Part shown: one piece after another, positions 9,538 through 18,100 of the stretch
How positions within the stretch are numbered: the first letter of the stretch is position 1
How the letters are laid out: every line of letters starts with the position of its first letter
IMG/VR virus record: IMGVR_UViG_3300025087_000038
Span: 1-64,000 of that record
Length of the DNA stretch: 64,000 nucleotides
Origin: a virus
Strand: one strand, 5' to 3'
Translations under genes and position numbers: made by a program
The notes under the pieces: model-generated
What the model was told of the DNA's origin: nothing
The model's input: only the letters and a program-made list of their open reading frames with translations
Database searches by the model: none

Positions 9538-9825
9538 ATGCGTTATACGTGTACAAGTTGTAATGTGGATGTAGAGTTAGGAAAAGATAATGAGAAAAGA
9601 TGCCCTAGATGCGGTTATAAAAGTTATATGAAAGAAGCAAAAGAAAAAGTAGTGGCAAAAGTAATATCTAAAAAAGATATAGTGTATACAGCAGTCCAAT
9701 GTGAGAACTGCGCTGTTGTCTGGGATAAAAGTTTATCAGAAAAGTGCCCAGTATGCGGAAAGATAGGCGGTAAATTTATAAATAAAAAAGAAGCATTGAA
9801 AAAAGAGGAGTTAGTAACAGTATAA
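9538..9825 (+). CDS. Double zinc-ribbon protein
   Basis: Four CxxC motifs; SD AGGAGG. Confidence 0.7.
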   Translation: MRYTCTSCNVDVELGKDNEKRCPRCGYKSYMKEAKEKVVAKVISKKDIVYTAVQCENCAVVWDKSLSEKCPVCGKIGGKFINKKEALKKEELVTV

Positions 9826-12800
9826 TGTTTTACCGAACAGCACAACTGAAAATTAAGGATAAAGATTTATATTTATGTGGTAAAGACGAAACTAAGGTTT
9901 GTAACTGTTGCGGAACCCAGTCTTGTAGTTTTAGACAAGCCGCAAAACGGTTAATAGCTGTTGACCCAAATTTCCTTTATGTTATTGTAAGCGGATTACA
10001 CGGCGACTCTCCTAATGAGAACGGAGATTATTTTGAATGGGATAAAAATCATTTCGATTGGGAGAAAGAAGTATTCGGGTATGAAGGAGAGCTTTTAAAC
10101 AAACGAAACGGCGCATACGTTTATGAGACTTGGCGGGGAAAACCAAATTTGACCAACCACGATGAAAAGTCAGTCGTAGGCCATATAGAAGATGTGTTTC
10201 ATATACTCGAAGAAAAAAGTATAGATAAACTATTAGCCGTTAATCGTAGAACACAACCTTTATTAGTAGGGGATATAGAGAAAGGACTTATTAATGAAGT
10301 TAGTATGGGATGCCTAGTAGCATCGTCAATCTGTAGTAAGTGCAAACATATTGCGCATGATGAGCAAGAATGGTGCTTTTTACCCGGCACTAAAGTTTTA
10401 ATGGCGGATTATACCTTAAAAAATATTGAAACTGTTTGTGAAGGGGAGCATGTTATTACACATAAAGGAAATAAGAAAAAGGTACTTAAACCAATGTCTC
10501 GTAGTTATGAAGGCGAGATACTAGTAATTACTAGTGTAGGAGATAGTGGTAAGTATCCTTTAAGATTGACTCCTAACCATGAAATTTTTACATTACAAAG
10601 TAATGGAAGTATTGGAAGTGGGACGGTAGGATTTATTCTGGCGAAAGAAATACAAATAAATAATGAATTACTTGTTCCAGTAGTAAGGGAACAAAAAACC
10701 AATTTAGAAGTAACAGAAGAGGAATCGAGGTTATTGGGTTATTATGTTAGTGAGGGAAGTATTGGAAATAAAAATTATAAGACTACTAGACAGCTATCTT
10801 TTTCTTTTAATAAATCTGAAGCGGCATACGTAACTGAAGTCGCTAGTTTATGTACTAAGTTATTTAATCGGCAAATTTGCGTATACGAAAACCCAAAATC
10901 ATCTGGAGTAGAAATACGTACTAGTGTTCCTTTGAATGTCGCTTCTAAGCTCCAATATATAGGAGGAGAATACGCAAAACAGAAACAACTTGTAGGCGAA
11001 TTTGTAGAGCAACCCCTTGATATTGTTAAAGCATTTTTAGATACCTACAATAATGGGGATGGTTGGAAAAATGCGAAGGGGTTTAGTTTTGAAACAGCTT
11101 CAGAACAATTAGCTTATCAGTTAGTAATATTAGGAAGACGCTTTGGAGGTAGTGTATATTGGAATAAATTACCTAATACACATTCTCCTACTAATCCTGT
11201 TAAAGACCTTACCATTTATAGGGTAAATATAAAACCCCTTATTAATGTGGTACGATATTTATCTTACGATGGAATTGGTTATTTTAAGAGATTAGTAAGA
11301 GATATCAAATCTGAAAGGTATTCCGGATTAGTATACAACTTGGAAGTAGAGGATGACAATTCTTATATTGCAAATGATGTAGCAGTTCATAATTGTGATC
11401 ACTTAAAGTATCATAAGGGAAGGTTAGATGATGAAGGAAGCAAAATTTACGAAATAAATAAGGGTGTAGTAGGACAAGAATGTTCTTGGATAACAATGGG
11501 TCAGGCCGCTGATCCAAAAGCAACAAAGAAAAAGATAGTAGCAGAAAAGGAGGAAGAGATGAGCACATTTAAAATAAACCCAATTGCTGGTAAACGGTCC
11601 GTAGAGGCAGGAGTCTCAAGTGAAACAAGTGTTCCTGCTGGGGGTATAAAAAACGCAATTGCTTATGAATCGGATATGAGCAGGTTTACAGGTATGAAAA
11701 AAGAAAAAGGGATGGCTGGAGTATCCCCTGAAATGCAAACTAAATTAGCTTTATTAGCAAAAATCCCTGTAGATAAATTAATTGGATTAGTAGATGATAA
11801 AGATGTAAAAGAGATTTTAGCTCAAACAATGACATCTTCTACAGTAGCAGAAGAAAAGGAAACCATAGCAACTGAAATAGAAAAATTAGAAAAAGAGATT
11901 GTAAAACCCGTAGTTGCAGAAAGTTTAGGGAATGTCAAGGAAGAAATAGCTAAAAGGAAAGAAATTTTAGCGGGTTTATACAAAAAAGAAGAAGCAATGA
12001 AAGGAACAAATGCTGTTAGACGTATATCAGCAGAAATTATTAGATTAGAAGATGAAGTAACAGAATTAGAAAAGCAAGAACCAGCAGTTGCTACTAAGGG
12101 GAGAACCATGAATTCCTTTAGAGATGTAGATGTAAGTAAAATAGATGAATTTAAGAGGTTGTATGATTGGGATCAGTTTGATGATTTATGGCAAAAAGCT
12201 GTTGAAAAAGCGTTAACTATTATTGATGAAAAAGATTACAAAGTTTTTCAAGAAGTATTACAAGATATTCCTACTTCAGCTGCTGAAGATATTACTACCC
12301 CCAATGCTTTAGCACGCTATCTTTTTAACTATGTAGAACGATATAAGAGGACACCTCTCCTCGAGGAGGCAAGCATGGATATAAATGCATTAGCAAAAAT
12401 GATAAAAGAAACAGTAAGGGCTGAAATGAAATCCTTAAAGGCCCAATTTGGTGAAGAGAAAGATAAGGATAAAGATTTAACAGAATTGCCGGAGCCTGCT
12501 TTAGAAAAGCCGAAGGTAGATAAAAAGGAAATTCCTAAAGAGACTAAAGACGAACCTTCAGATGAATCTTTAGAATTAGAAGACAAAAAAGAGGAAAAAC
12601 CAGCAACTCCTAAGAAAGAGTTACAGAAAGATTTAGAAGAGGGGGCTAATATTGAATCCGGTAAGGCTAAAGAAATAGTAACTGACATAGAAAAAATAGT
12701 AAAGGACGAAGTAAAGAAAACTAAACTTTCTAAACCAGAAGAGAAGGAAGTAGTAGAGATGGAACCTAAAGAAGAAACTGAAGAGCCTTTAATGGATGAA

Positions 12801-13976
12801 GATTTGGACTTAAACTTCATAGAAGGAAAAAGAAAGTCAGAGTCAAAGTGGATAGTAAGAGCAAAAAAGAAACCAGTATTTTCAGTTAACCTAAAACAAG
12901 CGTTTGATACAGATAGTTGGAGTAAAAACTGGAAGTTCTTTAGTTCAAAAGAGTATGGAAAAGAGTTGCGGGAAGCAATAAAGGAGAAAGGTATTAAGCG
13001 AACAATAGTTGAAGAGTTTCCAGCAGGGGTAACTAGATTAAGTCAAGTTGAACTTCCCCCAGAAACGCCAACTACTCAACCAGTTGGACAGGCCCCTCAA
13101 GCTGTTTTACCGCCACAGTCTCAGCAACAGATTTTGGAAGGGCCAAAAGCAAAAGGGTCATTCGTGAAATTCTTAACAAATATGACAGCTCCGTTGATTG
13201 CATTAGATACTCCAGTATTTGATGTAGATAGTATTACGACAGAGTTAACCTCAACTTTTGGTGATGAAGCAGCAACTAATCAGTTTAAAGGTGAACTAGA
13301 AGCAAAGGTTCAAAGCTTAAAAGAACCAAAAGAGGGAGTGCCGGCTCAACCAATAACTACTGCAAAGAGTATTAAAGCGCTTAAGAAAGCGTTATTTGAA
13401 GAGTTCCAAAAGGTAAAGCCAACTATAAGTGAAGATGAAGTATGGTTAATTTATAGTGCTGGAGACTCTGAATTTAAGAGAGAACTTTTAAAAGGTGGAG
13501 AAAGAATAACGGCTCTAAAGGGGGAACTCAATAAAGAAATTAGTGCTCATAAGAGAACTCAAGCATCTTTAGAAAACCTTTTAGAGGAGAGAAGCCTTAG
13601 ATTTAAAGCTCGTAAAGCAGTTGAGTTAGTAGATAGAGAAATTATTGTCGGGTTAGTTGATACAAAAGAAACTTTAATGGCAAAAGGCGAAAAAGATGAA
13701 AGAGTAGCAACAAAGACAGCAAAAGAAATCTACGAGCATGAAGTAGATGAGTTAGTAGCTATGGACGATAAAACGTTTAATAGTTTTACTAAGAAAGTAG
13801 AAGCAATGTTAAAAGAAACAAAAATGACAAAAAGAGCTTCAATAGGAAAAGTAATAGGGTCATTAGTAGATGCAACAACTGATGATGAACCTAGAGCAAG
13901 TATAGAAGGAAGCAAAAGTACAACTCTTGAGACCGTATGGTCAAGGCCACCTATAGTAAATGAGAATGAGAAATAA
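9825..13976 (+). CDS. Prohead protease fused to a scaffold region, containing an intein
   Basis: Protease-like N-terminal domain (PNENGDYF, NHD, VSMGC); long acidic/coiled-coil C-terminal part; lies between portal and capsid genes. Confidence 0.75.
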   Translation: MFYRTAQLKIKDKDLYLCGKDETKVCNCCGTQSCSFRQAAKRLIAVDPNFLYVIVSGLHGDSPNENGDYFEWDKNHFDWEKEVFGYEGELLNKRNGAYVYETWRGKPNLTNHDEKSVVGHIEDVFHILEEKSIDKLLAVNRRTQPLLVGDIEKGLINEVSMGCLVASSICSKCKHIAHDEQEWCFLPGTKVLMADYTLKNIETVCEGEHVITHKGNKKKVLKPMSRSYEGEILVITSVGDSGKYPLRLTPNHEIFTLQSNGSIGSGTVGFILAKEIQINNELLVPVVREQKTNLEVTEEESRLLGYYVSEGSIGNKNYKTTRQLSFSFNKSEAAYVTEVASLCTKLFNRQICVYENPKSSGVEIRTSVPLNVASKLQYIGGEYAKQKQLVGEFVEQPLDIVKAFLDTYNNGDGWKNAKGFSFETASEQLAYQLVILGRRFGGSVYWNKLPNTHSPTNPVKDLTIYRVNIKPLINVVRYLSYDGIGYFKRLVRDIKSERYSGLVYNLEVEDDNSYIANDVAVHNCDHLKYHKGRLDDEGSKIYEINKGVVGQECSWITMGQAADPKATKKKIVAEKEEEMSTFKINPIAGKRSVEAGVSSETSVPAGGIKNAIAYESDMSRFTGMKKEKGMAGVSPEMQTKLALLAKIPVDKLIGLVDDKDVKEILAQTMTSSTVAEEKETIATEIEKLEKEIVKPVVAESLGNVKEEIAKRKEILAGLYKKEEAMKGTNAVRRISAEIIRLEDEVTELEKQEPAVATKGRTMNSFRDVDVSKIDEFKRLYDWDQFDDLWQKAVEKALTIIDEKDYKVFQEVLQDIPTSAAEDITTPNALARYLFNYVERYKRTPLLEEASMDINALAKMIKETVRAEMKSLKAQFGEEKDKDKDLTELPEPALEKPKVDKKEIPKETKDEPSDESLELEDKKEEKPATPKKELQKDLEEGANIESGKAKEIVTDIEKIVKDEVKKTKLSKPEEKEVVEMEPKEETEEPLMDEDLDLNFIEGKRKSESKWIVRAKKKPVFSVNLKQAFDTDSWSKNWKFFSSKEYGKELREAIKEKGIKRTIVEEFPAGVTRLSQVELPPETPTTQPVGQAPQAVLPPQSQQQILEGPKAKGSFVKFLTNMTAPLIALDTPVFDVDSITTELTSTFGDEAATNQFKGELEAKVQSLKEPKEGVPAQPITTAKSIKALKKALFEEFQKVKPTISEDEVWLIYSAGDSEFKRELLKGGERITALKGELNKEISAHKRTQASLENLLEERSLRFKARKAVELVDREIIVGLVDTKETLMAKGEKDERVATKTAKEIYEHEVDELVAMDDKTFNSFTKKVEAMLKETKMTKRASIGKVIGSLVDATTDDEPRASIEGSKSTTLETVWSRPPIVNENEK
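10374..11393 (+). mobile_element. Intein with LAGLIDADG endonuclease in the prohead protease (340 aa)
   Basis: CFLPGTKVLM...LTPNHEI...LLGYYVSEG...YNNGDG...VYNLEVEDDNSYIANDVAVHN followed by Cys. Confidence 0.93.
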
Positions 13977-13985
13977 GGAGGAAAA

Positions 13986-14495
13986 ATGAAAAGAATTAAA
14001 TGGTTATTAGTAATAGTACTAGGAATGTTAATTGGACTGGTAATAGTAACAAATGTTACAGCGGGTGACAATACAGCATTTAGAAAGTATATCAATAATG
14101 AGTTATCTATTGGTATAGATAAAGGGTCACCTGTTTCTGTTTATGACATTAAGAAAACAGAAGTAAAAGTTGGTTATTCAATTCCGTTGATATTGTATGA
14201 GTTTTCAGACAGTAACGCGTTACTTGCACCATATGATGTTTCTTTAGATGGCGGTATAGTAGGAGACCTAAATGGTATAGACCCTATTTTAGGTCCTGGA
14301 TCTAACGTTCCTAAAGTATTTGCTCAGTGGGTTATAGATCACTCTATTAATAAAGTGTTAAGTAACGATATAACTATTCCAGAAATCGTAAAAATAGGTA
14401 TAGTAGGAAGAGCAGATACTCAACGGTTATGGAATGAAAAAGAGTTAGCTATTAGTCCTGGTATCGAAGCAGGTGTAAATTTTAAGTTTAACTAG
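13986..14495 (+). CDS. Secreted or outer-membrane beta-rich protein
   Basis: N-terminal signal peptide; C-terminal alternating strand IEAGVNFKFN. Confidence 0.5.
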   Translation: MKRIKWLLVIVLGMLIGLVIVTNVTAGDNTAFRKYINNELSIGIDKGSPVSVYDIKKTEVKVGYSIPLILYEFSDSNALLAPYDVSLDGGIVGDLNGIDPILGPGSNVPKVFAQWVIDHSINKVLSNDITIPEIVKIGIVGRADTQRLWNEKELAISPGIEAGVNFKFN

Positions 14496-14641
14496 CTTCA
14501 AATTTAATTAAATAGGTAGGTGATAAATTTTACATGGCAAATAAGAAAAAGAAAAAGGGTAAGTAACAAGAATCAAAAACAGGGAAGGTGATAGGATGAA
14601 AAGTCAAAACTATATTATAAACAAGGAGGTGAAATAACAAT

Positions 14642-15100
14642 ATGGCAATAATGAAAATATTGCATGGTGGTAGAATACGAATGGCATTTGATGTTCCTGC
14701 AGACCCAACAAGTGGTACAACTCGTGCTGCTGCTGAATTTTGGACCAAGGGTGATGTAGGCCAACTTCAGACTGATGGGATAGTAAAATCAGCTACAGCT
14801 GTGAATGGCGCAGTATTTGGACCTCTTTATGAGACTCGTACTGAGGACGTAAATCCAGGACTATTAACAGATGAGTGCGCTGGAAGCGGAAAGGTAACTA
14901 TGATATTAGACCCGGCTGTTGTTGAGACAGATCAGTATGCTTCTGGACTGAAGAACTGGGAAGAGAATCAGAGTGTATATACCAATACAAGTGGAAAATT
15001 GACCAACGTTGATGGTGGTTCAGCTACTAAACTTGGTATGTGCTTAACACCAATACAATCTGACGGAACATTTAAATATTTGTTTAGTCCACAATATTAA
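14642..15100 (+). CDS. Capsid decoration/cement protein
   Basis: 152 aa immediately upstream of the capsid gene; SGKVT and VYTNTSGKLT motifs typical of head decoration proteins. Confidence 0.7.
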   Translation: MAIMKILHGGRIRMAFDVPADPTSGTTRAAAEFWTKGDVGQLQTDGIVKSATAVNGAVFGPLYETRTEDVNPGLLTDECAGSGKVTMILDPAVVETDQYASGLKNWEENQSVYTNTSGKLTNVDGGSATKLGMCLTPIQSDGTFKYLFSPQY

Positions 15101-15176
15101 AATATAAGAGAGAAAGGCCTATTCTTTAGCCAAAAAGTAAAGAAAAGTAAAAAGTTAAATATAGGAGGTGAAATGT

Positions 15177-18100
15177 ATGGAAAGAACCGAAGCACAGAAA
15201 GAGTACGCAGTGGCAGCTGCACTTCGAACTGCGTCGGGTCGGAATGAAATTGGTCAAACTATGTTGGAGCCTTTTAAGGAGGGCAGAGATTACGTAGGAA
15301 TGGGTCGTAAGTGTTTCTACGTGGATAAACTCCCAACAGCAGCACCGATTCGTACAGAGTCGCACTTAAGTAGTAGTAAGTGAAAAATTTGGCTATATGC
15401 TGGAAACTCTTTAGAACCTTAAATACAAAACAGTAACTTGGAAAAGTAGACTGAAAGTGAAAATTTTAAGGATTAGACAATCAGCAGGGAAGTTTAAGAG
15501 AACCTTAAACCCCTCAGAGACTACACGCCAAACTAAAAGTTATGGATGAAATAAAACTAAAAAATACATTGCAAGAATACCATTTATTTAAAGGGGTATT
15601 TGATAGCCTCTTTAAACGATTACTGGCAAACTGGGATAGATTGGAACTAAATTGGATACGAAACGAGATAACCATCCTTTCTAGACTGTTTGCAGAATCC
15701 AAAAAATGTTTAGAGGGTATAGATATTGAAACCACTCTGGAACAGAAAAAGTTAATCAATTTAGGCACTTTAAAAAAGAAATGGGAAAAACAATTTAGAC
15801 ACCCTTGGGAAAAATTTTTAGAAAAATGGCGCCCAAAACTTTTTAGATGATATAGTCCGAGCATGTATAGCGATATACAGAAGCAAACAGAAATGATTTG
15901 CTCTTAACTAAAAAAGTTAAAGTAACAGAACTGGTGGTATGACAAGGACCCGCAGTTTAGTGCAGTAGTGATTAGCCAAAGAGGTAGTGTTCCATACGAG
16001 CGGATTGAAGGAACCAGGGTGGAACTCGAACCGATTCCAATAGCGGTTTGGGTGAAGATCCCGGTTTTAGAGATAGCAGTTCGTAGGTTCAATATTCTTG
16101 ACCGTGAAAAATCTCACTTAATGTTTGCGGTCAAAAAACTTAACCATATGCTGGAACAACCGAGTATTCAACTTAGCCAAAGAGCAAAATTAAGTTGATG
16201 CGGTCAATCAGCAGGAAAGGATGGCAAAAATGGCAAAAAGATCGTTCAAATTTGAGGCTTGGACTCCTGAATTAGCTTACGTGATAGGAGCTTATTTAGG
16301 CGATGGGTGGTTGGATTTAAACCAAAGATATGGATTTGGAATAGGATCTATTGATAAAGAATTCATTGAAAAGGTTAAATCATGTTTAACTACTTTCATC
16401 AAAGGCAATTTAAATGAGATTAAGCAGTCAGAATGGAATAAGCAACAGTCTTTTAAAAATAACACAGTTTGGAAGTTGACCTTTACTTGTAAAGACTTTG
16501 TTATTTGGTTAAAGGATTCTTGTAGTGGCAAAGAGCATGTTCCTATAAATTTTCCTAAAGATAATATACTAATTACTACAGAGTTAATCAATGGTTTTAT
16601 GGATGCAGAGGGGTACATTAGTATGAATAGAAATAGGTATGGAAAGTTACGTTTTCAAATAGGAGTGTGTTGTTGTGATTCTTGCATATTTGGTATTATT
16701 GACTTATGTAGTCAATTAAATCTGTTACCTTGGAAGTGTTACAAACATATTACCAAGAGTGGTAGAGTATCGAATGACTTTAGATTTCACGTTAATCAAA
16801 TTGCCAAAAGTCCTATAAATTTTTCAATAGAAAGAAAGCAGAAACGGTTAGTAGTGCTTAGGAAGGCCATCTTCCTCAACGACTTTACGTTAAGTGATAA
16901 AGATTTAGAATCTTTATCAATGATAAAGTCTGGTCTTATTGGCGACGATAAGAGACGATTAGAAATAAGTCGTCCATTATATGCTGGGCAAGGATATAAG
17001 TTTACGTCTTCTACAGGTAAAGAAGCAGTAAAAATTCAGAAAGAAAAAGGGTTGCTTAAATCTTTTAATGACTTTGATAGATGTAATGCAGCTCAACGTA
17101 GAATGGAACTTGGACAAATAAAGAAGAGTAAATTACTTCCTAGCTAAATATAGTGTAACAAGTAACAGAACAGGTGAGAGCGCGCGCGGAAATGGCTGAG
17201 GCAGAAGATACAAAGATTCTGTCAGCTATTAGCACCGCAACGACTACAGCAACCGGTCGGAATACTACGCAAACAAGTACTGGTGGTTTAACAAGAAATT
17301 GTTTAGGCGGCTTGTTTGCAGAAATTGAACAACATGACGCTCCAGTGGCTAACATCATAATGCATCCGATTAACTATAAAGACATTCGCGCATGGGCAAA
17401 GGATAACCAAAAAATTTGTCCTTTTAAAACTTAGCTATATGCAAAGACGCCCTAACAAGGGTAATTTGCAGGGAAGACTCACACAAAATGGATAAAAGAA
17501 TAATAGCAAATAGAAAAAGAATAAAGAAAACTTACGAGGAACTATATGGTATAGAAAGAGCTTTACAGATTAAAGCAAAACAATCAAAAGCTCAGAAAGG
17601 TGTTCCCGATGGGCCACAGTCAGCAGAAACTATAAGGAAAAAGCGTTTAATTATGAAGAAATCTGCTAAAAGAGGTTCTGAACACTATAGATACAATTAC
17701 CATTATACAACAGATGAAAAGAAACAGCTTTCTCAAAGATCTACATTTGGATTGTTGAAGTACTACTCAAAAAATTCGGGTAGTCGAATAACGGGTGGGC
17801 ATTGGAGTAAGGATGGAAGACGGGTAGACCTTGACAACCAATATTTCAGAAGTACTTGGGAAGCTAACGTAGCTAGACTGTTAAACTTTTTAAAAGTCTT
17901 TTGGATTTATGAACCTGGAAGGTTTTCTTTATACGATGAGAATGACGATTTAATTTGCACATACAAACCAGATTTCTTTTTACCAGGGTGTAAGGTATAC
18001 CTTGAAGTAACGGGCCGAACTTTTGGTAACAAGTTAAGAAAACTAGACTTGTTTAGTAAAAAGTATAATTTGGTTGTTATTGATCAAGGAATGTATGTTT

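Noticed and set aside
15168-17434. Track ORFs 15168..15383, 15968..16198 and 17174..17434 as separate small genes or a decayed pseudogene
   Set aside because: They are capsid exons reading into intron sequence; the group I boundaries join them exactly in frame.
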